DNA from: Armatimonadota bacterium
Lineage (GTDB): Bacteria; Armatimonadota; SYMT01; JACQGL01
Reading direction: 5' to 3'
NCBI GenBank assembly: GCA_016199525.1
Contig: JACQGL010000185.1
Location: forward strand, 1-57,248
Length of the DNA stretch: 57,248 nt
The notes under the pieces were generated by a model. That model ran no database searches, was not told the origin of the DNA, and saw nothing but the letters and a program-made list of their open reading frames with translations. This document shows, piece by piece, positions 36,126 through 45,082 of the stretch (position 1 is the stretch's first letter; each line of letters starts with the position of its first letter). The translations under genes were made by a program, and so were the position numbers.

Positions 36126-36962
36126 ATGGTTCTGGAAAACGTCCGTGTGGGACTGATGGTGGGCGGTGCTATGCCCGAGGCGTTGCGCGCCGCCGCGGAA
36201 GCGGCCCGCGCCGCCGGTGTCCGGCACTGCCAGTTGATGCTGCGGGTTAGCGATCTGACCCCGGACGCCCTCCGGTCGGCGGGCGACATTCTGAATCGTG
36301 CGGGGCTGGAGAACGTTGCCACCAGTTGCTACCTGAACCCGCTGGACCCGAACAACGGCGCTTTCATGGGCTACGACGGCGCCGCCCTGGCATCGATGGC
36401 GCAGCACGCCGATGCGCTCGGCGCCCGCGCCTTCACCACGTGGAGCGGCGGCTACGGCCGCGTCTGGAGCGACGCAGACGAGCGGAACGCCTCGGCAGAG
36501 GCGCTGCACGTGCTGGTGCAGGCCGCCCGCTCGCTGCTCGCCCTCCTCGATCAGTGCGAGGGCCAGATCCTGTTCGAACCGTTCCATCGGCACATCCTGG
36601 GATCACCGGAGCGCTGCCGTGCCTTTTTCGACCTGGCCAACGAGCCGCGTCTGCAGCTGGTTATGGACCCGCCCAACTTCGTCCCCGACGGCCAGATCGA
36701 CTCTCTTCCCACGCTCATGAACCGCGCCTTCGATCTTCTCGGCGACCGGGTGGGCCTGGCGCACCTGAAGGACATCTCCCAGGGCCCCGATCGCCGCGTC
36801 GGTTACCCGGGCCCGGGCGACGGCGTGATGGACTACCCGGTTTACCTGCGCCGCCTGCGGAACCTGAACCGGCCTGTGGACGCCATCATCGAGCACGTGT
36901 CGCCGGACGAGTACGCAAAGGCGGTTGCCTTCGTGCGGGAGCAGTGGGAGCAAGCGACTTAA
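36126..36962 (+). CDS. Sugar phosphate isomerase/epimerase (xylose isomerase-like TIM barrel)
   Basis: Internal ATG. 278 aa. Pattern of conserved E/H/D residues (ILFEPFHRH, HLKD, IIEHV) typical of the AP_endonuc_2 family. Confidence 0.7.
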   Translation: MVLENVRVGLMVGGAMPEALRAAAEAARAAGVRHCQLMLRVSDLTPDALRSAGDILNRAGLENVATSCYLNPLDPNNGAFMGYDGAALASMAQHADALGARAFTTWSGGYGRVWSDADERNASAEALHVLVQAARSLLALLDQCEGQILFEPFHRHILGSPERCRAFFDLANEPRLQLVMDPPNFVPDGQIDSLPTLMNRAFDLLGDRVGLAHLKDISQGPDRRVGYPGPGDGVMDYPVYLRRLRNLNRPVDAIIEHVSPDEYAKAVAFVREQWEQAT

Positions 36963-36976
36963 GGTTTCTGGTTCTC

Positions 36977-37023
36977 GTTTCCGGTTTCGGGATGGCCTGC
37001 TTTCCTGACCTGGAACCGGAAAC
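36977..37023. terminator. Hairpin between convergent isomerase and folC genes
   Basis: GTTTCCGGTTTC (36977-36988) pairs with GGAACCGGAAAC (37012-37023): 12 bp including one G-U, with a 23-nt loop. Confidence 0.35.
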
Positions 37024-37029
37024 CAGCAG

Positions 37030-38331
37030 CTAGCAACTACCGTCGGGCGGCAGTCCGGCCAGAGTATAGAACGATCCCGTGACGCAGATCAGATCCTGCG
37101 GACCCGCTGTCGCCAGGGCCTCCGCCACCGCATCGCGCGTATTGTGAGCGGTGGTGACCGGGACGCTTCTCTCCCGCACTATGCTCGCCAGCTCCTCGGG
37201 TGAGAGAGCCTGCGGGTGGGCGTTGGTAGTGGCAATCACGCGGCTTGCCAGGGGCACGAGCGCATCCACGACCGGGCCCACCGCGTGCGCGCGCGTTACC
37301 CCGAGGATGAGGATCAGCCGCCGCTCCGGAACGGCGGGGAGCAGCAGGTTGCGCAGCGTGCGCGCCAGGGCGCGGGCTTTGTCTCCATTGTGGGCCGCGT
37401 CGATCACCAGGTCGGGCAAGCGGCGTAAGAACTGGAGCCGCCCCGGCAGCCGCGCCGCGGCCACGCCGCGGCGGATCGCCTCCTCGGTGAGCGCCGGTTC
37501 CTGCTCGCGCAGCCACAGGGCCGCAGCGGTGGCCAGAGCCGCATTGCGAATCTGGTGTTCGCCCAGCATGCCGATCTCCAGCCCTGATATTGTCCCCGCC
37601 GGGCAGCGCACGTCGAAGCGCCCGCCGTCCACCGTGACCGCCACCCGCTCGAGCCTGATCTCCCGGCCCAGCCGCCAGAGGGCGGCGGAGCGCTCCGCCG
37701 CCACGCGCTCGACGACTTCCAGCGCCTCGCCCGTTGCTCCGGTGATCAGCCGGCCTTGCCGCTTGATGATCCCCGCCTTCTCAAAGGCGATTTCCGGGAT
37801 CGTCTCGCCCAGTCGGTCGGTGTGGTCCAGGCCCACGTCGGTGATGATGCACAGCCCGGCGTCCAGGATGTTCGTGGCGTCGAACCGGCCGCCCAGCCCC
37901 ACCTCTACCACCGCCCAGTCTAGCCCCGTACGGGCAAACCACAGGAACGCCAGGAAGGTCATCACCTCGAAGTAGGTGGGACAGTGGGCCGCAGGATGGG
38001 CGGCAACCTGCTCGACCAGCGGCTGCGCCTGGGTGACGAGTACGGCGAAATCTGCCTCGGAAACGATCTCCTCACCCACCTGAAGGCGCTCACAGGGAGT
38101 GTACAGGTGTGGCTTGGGAGCCATCCCCACGCGCAGGCCCGCGGCCCGCAAAGCGGCGGCCAGAAAGGCGGCGGTGGAGCCCTTCCCATTGGTCCCGCCC
38201 ACGAGCACGGCGGGGAACTTGCGTTCGGGGTGGCCCGCCAGCGCGCAGAGACGCTCTATGCGCTCCAGTCCGAGCCGGATGGTGGGGGGATGTAAGGACT
38301 CAATGTAAGCAAGGGCTTCGAGGTAAGTCAC
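37030..38331 (-). CDS. folC: Dihydrofolate synthase / folylpolyglutamate synthase
   Basis: MTYLEALAYIESL, GGTNGKGST P-loop, Mur-ligase middle and C-terminal domains. Confidence 0.88.
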   Translation of the reverse strand: MTYLEALAYIESLHPPTIRLGLERIERLCALAGHPERKFPAVLVGGTNGKGSTAAFLAAALRAAGLRVGMAPKPHLYTPCERLQVGEEIVSEADFAVLVTQAQPLVEQVAAHPAAHCPTYFEVMTFLAFLWFARTGLDWAVVEVGLGGRFDATNILDAGLCIITDVGLDHTDRLGETIPEIAFEKAGIIKRQGRLITGATGEALEVVERVAAERSAALWRLGREIRLERVAVTVDGGRFDVRCPAGTISGLEIGMLGEHQIRNAALATAAALWLREQEPALTEEAIRRGVAAARLPGRLQFLRRLPDLVIDAAHNGDKARALARTLRNLLLPAVPERRLILILGVTRAHAVGPVVDALVPLASRVIATTNAHPQALSPEELASIVRERSVPVTTAHNTRDAVAEALATAGPQDLICVTGSFYTLAGLPPDGSC

Positions 38332-38471
38332 TTTAGAGTGTGGCGGCTTGCCGTTTGGGAGTGCGGCGGTGAGCCGCCGCTTTGGAGCGCCGGGGGTGCC
38401 CTCTGGGCCCTACCGCCGCTCTTACTCCCGGTCAGCCTTGCAGATGGTCCGTTAGCGTGCCGACGATAGGT

Positions 38472-39527
38472 CTACTCCCGCCGGAGGGCCGCCGGCAGGC
38501 CCGAGAGCGCCTGCTCCCGGCTGCACAGCTGATCGCTGGGGCCGCCGTAGTGGGCGCGGACCAATCGCCGGTCGCGGTCTACCCAGTAGGTATATCCCAG
38601 TTCGCCGTAGCGATACTGCTCAAAACGCGACGCGCGGAGGGTACCCCTGGGAAGCGCCAGCGTGTCCTCCCCGGCGCAGTACAGTTCACAGCCCCGTACC
38701 AGTCGCATCTCCGTCTCTTCCAGGCGCGTGAAGTGGATGCAGGTACCCCGCTTCTGCGGCAGGATGCGCGCCATTGTGCCCAGGGCGAGATTGGGCAGCA
38801 CGGTGGCCGATAGGCGAAGGCGCACTTCCCGGTCACCCACCTTGCCGATCCACTCCTCCCCCTGGCGCCGCCCTTCGGCGAACAGCGTGCCGTTTCGCTC
38901 CACCTTCAGGGACTGCAGGTCCAGGACCTCCGCGCGCCGGAAAGTGCCAGTGATCAGAAGATCTACGTCCTGCCCCGCGCCCGTGGCGCGCAGGTATGAT
39001 TCCAGGTGCAGCAACTCCCCTTCAGGCTTCCACTGCTCGCGGCTGTAGCCCACCTTGCTGCGGCCGAGGAAGAACTCGCGCCAGGCATCCCCCTCCTGAG
39101 CGAGGACGCCGTAGTCCGGCTGGCTCCGCGTGGGCCGGTGGAACGGCTCGCTGCCCTTGCCTTTCACCACCGCGCGCCCCTCAATCCCCAGCGGGTCAGT
39201 GGAAAGCGTGGCCTGGAACGCCTCCTTGCCGCGGTAGACCACCGCCGACACCTCTCGCAGGTTCCGGCTGTCGCGCAGGGACTGTTCCAGTTGCTGAAGG
39301 GTAGGCACGTCGCGCTCGTTATAGGAGGCGATGATGTCCCCGAGCGCGATATGAGCTTTATCCGCGGGGCTGCCTGGAGCGACGTCGATCACCAGGATGC
39401 CCGTCGCCAGAGGCTGGCGCAGCGCTACCACCACGGGATCTTCCGCTTGAGGCCGGCGCTTCGCCTCTCCCGGCACCCGGATGAGCAGCGCCAGGCCCGC
39501 AAGCAGCAACGTTGCCAGGATTCGCAT
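38472..39527 (-). CDS. Secreted PDZ domain protein
   Basis: Signal peptide MRILATLLLAGLALLIRVPG. PDZ-like GILVIDVAPGSPADKAHIALGDIIASYNERDV. The remaining ~230 aa are unassigned. Confidence 0.65.
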   Translation of the reverse strand: MRILATLLLAGLALLIRVPGEAKRRPQAEDPVVVALRQPLATGILVIDVAPGSPADKAHIALGDIIASYNERDVPTLQQLEQSLRDSRNLREVSAVVYRGKEAFQATLSTDPLGIEGRAVVKGKGSEPFHRPTRSQPDYGVLAQEGDAWREFFLGRSKVGYSREQWKPEGELLHLESYLRATGAGQDVDLLITGTFRRAEVLDLQSLKVERNGTLFAEGRRQGEEWIGKVGDREVRLRLSATVLPNLALGTMARILPQKRGTCIHFTRLEETEMRLVRGCELYCAGEDTLALPRGTLRASRFEQYRYGELGYTYWVDRDRRLVRAHYGGPSDQLCSREQALSGLPAALRRE

Positions 39528-39911
39528 CGTTTCACCTGGAAATCAGCAGGCAGGCGTTCGGTTTCCCCTGATCATAGTCGGCCGCACAGAGCGCGCCCGC
39601 AAGCGCCACCTGCCACGCGGGAGAAAAAGGATAAATCGTGAGCGTCTCTTCTGCTCCCCAGAGAGGGGCACTCCGCCGAGTTGTTCCGCGACTGCAAGCG
39701 GTCGGTCCTCCCTGGGACCACCGATGAGCTGCAGCGGTAGAAGGTGCCCTGTAACAACTGGCAGACCGCGCCGTCCCACTCTTGGGGCGTGACGAGGTTC
39801 GCGTTCTGCGACGATAATCAAATGGAGGCGTCTCTCGGTTAGCGAACCTGAATAGGACCCGTCGCACGGCGGGCGCGGGCGCCCATCGCGCGGTGCGGAG
39901 GAGAGAAGAGG

Positions 39912-41063
39912 ATGGCTACTCTGGAGCGAACCGGCACCCGGGTGCAGCCGAAAGGCATCCGCCGCCCGCGTCCGCTGGTGGCGGTGGTAAGAACGCGCCC
40001 CGAGACGGTGCTGGAGGATACCGCCCGGCTGATGGAGATGGCGGGTGCCGCGCAGGCTCTCGATCTCGAAGCGGTTACCATCCTCAAAGACAACATCTCC
40101 TGGCACTTCCCCTTCCCCGGCGCCAATACCACCCCCTGGCAGCTGGAGGGTACCATTCTGGGCCTGAAGCGGCTCGGCTACGAGGACCTGGTCTGCGTCC
40201 AGAACAAGACCGTGGTCACCAACGCCTTTAAGGGCGAGGACCTGAACCGCTACGTGCCGATCTTCCGCAAGTACGGCATCCCCGTCCTCTATAACTTCAA
40301 AGCGGAGGACATGACATGGGAGAAGTACGAGCCGCGCGGTGCGATGCTCGTGCTGGACAAGGTCTACCCGGACGGGATTTACGTGCCGGATTTCTTCTTC
40401 GGCAAGAACATTGTCCACCTCCCCACGGTGAAGTGCCACATCTACGCCACTACCACAGGCGCAATGAAGAACGCCTTCGGCGGCTTGCTGAACGTCAACC
40501 GCCACTGGACACACAGCGTCATCCACGAGACGCTGGTGGACCTGTTGCAGATCCAGCACGAGATCCACAACGGCTTGTTTGCGGTGATGGATGGTACGAC
40601 GGCGGGCAATGGCCCCGGGCCGCGCACCATGATCCCCGTGGTCAAGGACATAATGCTGGCGAGCGCGGATCAGGTGGCGATCGACGCGGTGGCTGCCAAG
40701 CTGATGGGTTTCGATCCAATGAGCATCCCCTATATCCGCCTCGCGCACGAGCGCGGTCTAGGCACCGGGCGCTTCGAGGAGATCGAGGTGGTGGGGACAG
40801 ATATCCGCGGCGAAAGCTGGAACTTCCGCGTGGGGGACAATGGCGCCAGCCGCGTGGGGGATCTGCTCTGGTTCGGCCCGCTCAAGCGGTTTCAGAACTT
40901 CTTCTTTCGCACCCCGCTCGTGAACCTGTTCATCTTCGGCTCCGAGGTCTACCACGACTACTACCGCTGGCCTACGCGGGACCGCCGCGTGTTCGAAAAG
41001 TGGCGACGGGACACGGCGTGGGGCCGGCTGTTCGATCGGTACGCGGAGCAGGGGGAGCAGTAG
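39912..41063 (+). CDS. DUF362 domain protein
   Basis: 383 aa. ILKDNISW, VKCHIYATTTGAMKNAFGGLL and MDGTTAGNGPGP resemble the DUF362 family. Confidence 0.75.
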   Translation: MATLERTGTRVQPKGIRRPRPLVAVVRTRPETVLEDTARLMEMAGAAQALDLEAVTILKDNISWHFPFPGANTTPWQLEGTILGLKRLGYEDLVCVQNKTVVTNAFKGEDLNRYVPIFRKYGIPVLYNFKAEDMTWEKYEPRGAMLVLDKVYPDGIYVPDFFFGKNIVHLPTVKCHIYATTTGAMKNAFGGLLNVNRHWTHSVIHETLVDLLQIQHEIHNGLFAVMDGTTAGNGPGPRTMIPVVKDIMLASADQVAIDAVAAKLMGFDPMSIPYIRLAHERGLGTGRFEEIEVVGTDIRGESWNFRVGDNGASRVGDLLWFGPLKRFQNFFFRTPLVNLFIFGSEVYHDYYRWPTRDRRVFEKWRRDTAWGRLFDRYAEQGEQ

Positions 41064-41095
41064 GGGTACCACTCCGTGGTTCAGGTTCCTGGCCG

Positions 41096-44014
41096 CTACT
41101 TGAACCGCGGCGGCTCCACACGGCGCACGAAAGGCAGCGCGATGAGCGCTTCCAGCCGTTCCACCGACAGGGTGCCCAGGAGGAGCTTGCCGGGGCGGAG
41201 GGTGGCCGCCAGCTCGAAACCAAGCGCCTGGAGCTGCTTCAGGCCGTCCGGGGGTAGCTCGTTGAGCCAGATCTGCACCCCAACGCGGCCGTTCACCACC
41301 TCCGGCAGGCCTGGCTGGCGCAGAGAGCCATTCACGCCGTGCTTGCACACTTGTTCCGCCAGGCGCTGCAGCGGGGGCGCCAGCTTGGCGCGGGCCAGCA
41401 GGGCGCGGCGCTGCTCCGGCTTCATCGCCTCCAGGCGCTTCAGCCCCTCCGGCGTGCCCGCGGCGATCTCCATCTCGCCCGAGGTGGCGGGCACGTCCAG
41501 GTCGAAGACGGCATCCGCCTGCCGGTTGGCACGGAAGCCGACGTTCAGCTGCCCGGTAATCCTGGGCAGCCGTCGCAGCTTAACTGGGGACGGCCCGGGA
41601 GGCCTCACGCCCCGCGGCGCCAGAGTGGCCGCAGGCGAGAAAGGCGCCGCCGTGGCTGCCGGCGGTGAGGCAGGGGCCCCCCCCATTCCGCCCGGCGCGC
41701 CCGCCCACCCGCCGGCATCCGTGACTATGTTGTGGCTTAATCTCATCTCCTTCGCCTCCAACAGGCGCGCCGCCTCTGCGCTCTCATCCCCGAAGATCCC
41801 CTCGTAGGAAACGCCCTCCGGCATCTCCACGGGCACGTCCACCGTGCGCTGGCGGCCGCCCACGTTGACTATCCGCTCCTCCACCGCCACGAAGGAGGTG
41901 TACTGGCTCATCAGGCGGTACTCCAGGGCCGTGGCGACGATCTGCTCCTGTACCTTCGGATCGGGCCGGCCGAGCTGCGCGCCCAGCCAGTCCTGCGACT
42001 GCAGCGCCTCGATCTTCTCCCGCGCCCAGAGAGTGGGGAGGGCGCTGTTCTCCTGCTGCACGGAGGGGAAGGAGACGTGGATCGTCTGGCTCCACGGCCG
42101 GCCGCGCAGGAGACCGTGCACGGTAATGTCTCCCTCTGCCGCCCTCGTGTAGCGTCCCTTCAGGATGAGGGGCCGGGCGCTGAACAGGTCGGGGAGGTGC
42201 TTCGGGTAGACTTCATCCACCGGTAGGCCGTGCCAATCCACTCCCACATCCAGCAACAGCGGGTGGGAGACGCGGCGATAGAACCGGGCGGCGGCTTCCT
42301 CACCCGGCGTGTTGAGGGTGACGAGCTCCGCCACCCCGCGCCCCTCCTTCGCCATCCCTTCGATCAGGAACCGGTTCACGGAGTTGCCGATGCCGAACGG
42401 GAACATCCGCGCCCGGCCGCGGTGCTTCCGGACGTAAGCGATGATCTGCATGTCGTTGCCGACATAGCCATCGGTCATGTAGCAGATCATCCGCAGGCGC
42501 TCGGGGTCATCGGGGAGGCGAAGGGCGTAGTCCACGGCCCTGAGGATGTCCGTGCCGCCCTCGCCCTCCAGCGGCTCCAGGAAGCGCATCGCCTTCGCCA
42601 CGTTTTCCGGCGTGTTGGGCACCGGCGCGGGGAAGCAGGGGTTGAGGTTCAGGTTGAAGCCGATGAGCTGGAAGGTGTCCCCCGGATTCAGGTGGCGGAT
42701 GCAGTAGCGCATCGTCTCCTTGGCCTTGCGGATCGGCCAGCCCATCTGGGAGCCGCTCTGATCAATGACGAACACCATCTCCTTGGCGGAGACCTGGCTC
42801 TGCGGCGGGGCTTGAGGCGGCTGGAGGATAAGGGTGAAGTAGCCGAACCCGTCCCCCACGGCGTGGGCCAGCACGCCCGTCTGGATCTCCGACCCCGCCA
42901 CCGCGTAGCGCAGGACGAAGTCTTTGTTGGGGAGCGTGTCCTGATTCTGCAATCGAATGATGCGCCGCGTGGGGCCGCTCGCTTCGGTGGCAATGGGATG
43001 GAGCTGCGAGCGCACGTCCTGCACAGGCAGGCCCGCGTCCAGGTTCACGGTGACAGAGATGTTGTGGCCCGTGCGTGTGGCGGGAGGGGTGATGGGCGGA
43101 GTGATCCGGTCCGCGTCGGTCACCACGGAGGTGGCGCCGGGGTCGCCTTCGATGGCCTGGGGCGGGCTGGGATCGCCGCGCTGGCCGGGCACCGTGTAGC
43201 CGCCGCCCGGCGTGAAGCGCGGCCCGACCACCATCGGGAAGGTGAACTCGTACTCGCCCTCATCGTACTTCAGCAGGTTAACATAGCTGATGACGACCGT
43301 GACCCTTTCGCCCGGCATGATGTTTGCCACCGACTGGGTGAAGATATTGGGCCGCTCCTGGTCGAGCAACGCAGCGGCCTGCCCGGCGGCTCTGGCGGCC
43401 TCGTAAATCTCCCGCGCCTCCTCCCGGCGCTTGATCTCTCCCCGGATGACACGGCTACCGATACTCATCGTCATCTCGTCTACCGCCGCATCTTCGGGCA
43501 ACGGGAAGGTGTAGACCGCCTCGACAGGCGCTTCGGTGGGGTTGTGGAACTCCTGCCTTAGCTGGACACGCGCCACGAACCCAGCGATATCCGCTATGAC
43601 GTCGGTGTGCTTAAGGGGGCACAGCCCGATCGCCTTGCCCTTATCGTCCACGATGGTGAGCTGCCCTGCCGTGGGCGCCTCTTCGGCGTAGGCGCTCCCC
43701 GAGCGCTTCTCGGACGACCACAGCGACCAGACGAGCAGCAGGCCCACTGCGGCGAATGGTACCAGCCGGTAGGATAGCCCTATCGTCCGATGCCACCGGG
43801 CGGCCCGGCTTGCGGCGGCGCGGCGCGCTACCGCGCTACCCGTCTGGCAGATCCTGGCGACGCGAACACGCAGCGCCCCCGGAGCGGTGGATAGTGGGAA
43901 GGCCGCCTGCATCAGACGGGCGAACTCGGGCGTGATGGGGTCGGCGTCCAGTGATGCGTCTTTCTGGGGGCGCCGGCGGCGAGCGCAGAGCAGGTTAGAG
44001 AGTCGGTCCCACAT
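41096..44014 (-). CDS. Single-pass membrane protein with extracytoplasmic VIT and von Willebrand A domains (candidate anti-sigma/sensor)
   Basis: ATG 44014 overlaps the sigma gene stop by 20 nt. ~80 aa cytoplasmic region, then TM LVPFAAVGLLLVWSLWS. VIT region (AVYTFPLPEDAAVDEMTM...). vWA MIDAS VIDQSGS. TSFVAVE motif. 972 aa. Confidence 0.8.
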   Translation of the reverse strand: MWDRLSNLLCARRRRPQKDASLDADPITPEFARLMQAAFPLSTAPGALRVRVARICQTGSAVARRAAASRAARWHRTIGLSYRLVPFAAVGLLLVWSLWSSEKRSGSAYAEEAPTAGQLTIVDDKGKAIGLCPLKHTDVIADIAGFVARVQLRQEFHNPTEAPVEAVYTFPLPEDAAVDEMTMSIGSRVIRGEIKRREEAREIYEAARAAGQAAALLDQERPNIFTQSVANIMPGERVTVVISYVNLLKYDEGEYEFTFPMVVGPRFTPGGGYTVPGQRGDPSPPQAIEGDPGATSVVTDADRITPPITPPATRTGHNISVTVNLDAGLPVQDVRSQLHPIATEASGPTRRIIRLQNQDTLPNKDFVLRYAVAGSEIQTGVLAHAVGDGFGYFTLILQPPQAPPQSQVSAKEMVFVIDQSGSQMGWPIRKAKETMRYCIRHLNPGDTFQLIGFNLNLNPCFPAPVPNTPENVAKAMRFLEPLEGEGGTDILRAVDYALRLPDDPERLRMICYMTDGYVGNDMQIIAYVRKHRGRARMFPFGIGNSVNRFLIEGMAKEGRGVAELVTLNTPGEEAAARFYRRVSHPLLLDVGVDWHGLPVDEVYPKHLPDLFSARPLILKGRYTRAAEGDITVHGLLRGRPWSQTIHVSFPSVQQENSALPTLWAREKIEALQSQDWLGAQLGRPDPKVQEQIVATALEYRLMSQYTSFVAVEERIVNVGGRQRTVDVPVEMPEGVSYEGIFGDESAEAARLLEAKEMRLSHNIVTDAGGWAGAPGGMGGAPASPPAATAAPFSPAATLAPRGVRPPGPSPVKLRRLPRITGQLNVGFRANRQADAVFDLDVPATSGEMEIAAGTPEGLKRLEAMKPEQRRALLARAKLAPPLQRLAEQVCKHGVNGSLRQPGLPEVVNGRVGVQIWLNELPPDGLKQLQALGFELAATLRPGKLLLGTLSVERLEALIALPFVRRVEPPRFK

Positions 44015-44651
44015 TGGCAGCCTCCGGCGCCAGACCAGGCGCATTGGGAGATGCGTCCTCGGCGGCCAGTCGTTCCAGCACCGTGCTCTTGGCGCGATGC
44101 AAGAGCGCTTTGACCGCGTTCTCGGAACGGCAGAGGAACCGCGCGATCTCTGCCAGGGAGAGCTGGTCCACGCAGCGCAGCCAGAGCGCCTCCCGCTGCG
44201 CCTCTGGCAGTTGCAGCACGAGGCGGCGGATGCACGCGATGGTCTCCTGGCGCTCCAGCTCGGCCTCCGGGCTGTCTGCCATCGCCCTTCCGGCGGCGAG
44301 TGCTGACGGACGGTCATCTGCCGCCGGCCCCCACAGATCGGCTTCCAGGACCTCGGGGCGCCGGCGGCGCCGGCGTGTGGCATCCAGCAGCTTGCGGCGC
44401 GCGATCCCGATCAGCCACGTGCTCACAGTTGCCTCCCCCCGGAAGCCATCGATGGAGGCGACTGCGGTGGCGAACACCTCGGCAGTGACATCCTCCGCTT
44501 CCTCCCGCCTGCGGCAGTGAACACAGACGTAAGCGTAGACGCGGTCCAGGGTAAGCCGCTGGAGTCGATCCCAGGCCCATTCCTCCCGATGTTTCAGGGC
44601 GCGCACCCAGTCTGCGTCTGTCACGCTGGAGGAATCTCGCAGCTCGATCAC
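43995..44651 (-). CDS. ECF-type RNA polymerase sigma-70 factor
   Basis: Region 2 (AEDVTAEVFATAVASIDGFRGEATVSTWLIGIARRKLLD) and region 4 (LSLAEIARFLCRSENAVKALLHRA). GTG start after GGAAGGAG. Confidence 0.85.
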   Translation of the reverse strand: MIELRDSSSVTDADWVRALKHREEWAWDRLQRLTLDRVYAYVCVHCRRREEAEDVTAEVFATAVASIDGFRGEATVSTWLIGIARRKLLDATRRRRRRPEVLEADLWGPAADDRPSALAAGRAMADSPEAELERQETIACIRRLVLQLPEAQREALWLRCVDQLSLAEIARFLCRSENAVKALLHRAKSTVLERLAAEDASPNAPGLAPEAANVGPTL

Positions 44652-44841
44652 CTCACAGGCTCCTTCCTTTCGTCGAGCCCGCTGTGAAGCCTCTGCTGGT
44701 TAGTTCGTCGCGCGGCGCAAAAGGAGTCGGCCAGTTTGGTGCGAGGGGCCGCCTGTGTGCCCCGCCACTGCTTTGCGCCCGCGCGTTGAATGCCACAGTT
44801 CTGATGGAATTCAACGGCGAAGATTATTCACTGCCTCGCGG

Positions 44842-44873
44842 CCGGTAGGGAATGGTTCCGGTAGGGAATGGTT
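44842..44873. repeat. Perfect tandem duplication of a 16-bp unit CCGGTAGGGAATGGTT
   Basis: Units at 44842-44857 and 44858-44873 are identical. They lie ~190 nt upstream of the ECF sigma start on the minus strand, where they read AACCATTCCCTACCGG x2. Confidence 0.85.
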
Positions 44874-45004
44874 GCGGCGAGGAAGCTTGCCGTAGCGCTC
44901 CCGTGTCGCGTGAGAGAAGCAGCGTCTGGTCCGCGCACCTGTGGTGGAGAACGGCACGGCAGCCACCGGTAGAGAACGCTCGCCGTGCCATTGCCAGCGG
45001 CCAC

Positions 45005-45034
45005 AAAAGGGGCGACATGCGGGGGTACGCCCCC
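45005..45034 (-). terminator. Possible intrinsic terminator of the BON gene
   Basis: On the minus strand, GGGGCG (45033-45028) and CGCCCC (45014-45009) form a stem followed by TTTT (45008-45005), 50 nt after the stop. Confidence 0.35.
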
Positions 45035-45082
45035 TGCGCCAGCAGATTGCCGAGCGTTGAACCGGGCGTCCTCGCCTGCCGC

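Noticed and set aside
39543-40748. 401-aa ORF on the minus strand
   Set aside because: It is antisense to the DUF362 gene and has no motifs. Its composition (His/Arg/Gly/Val rich) is typical of a shadow frame.
44015-44383. Upper 123 codons of the 1095-aa ORF 41096..44383
   Set aside because: This part overlaps the ECF sigma gene out of frame. The ATG at 44014 gives the expected short cytoplasmic region, TM helix and ectodomain layout.
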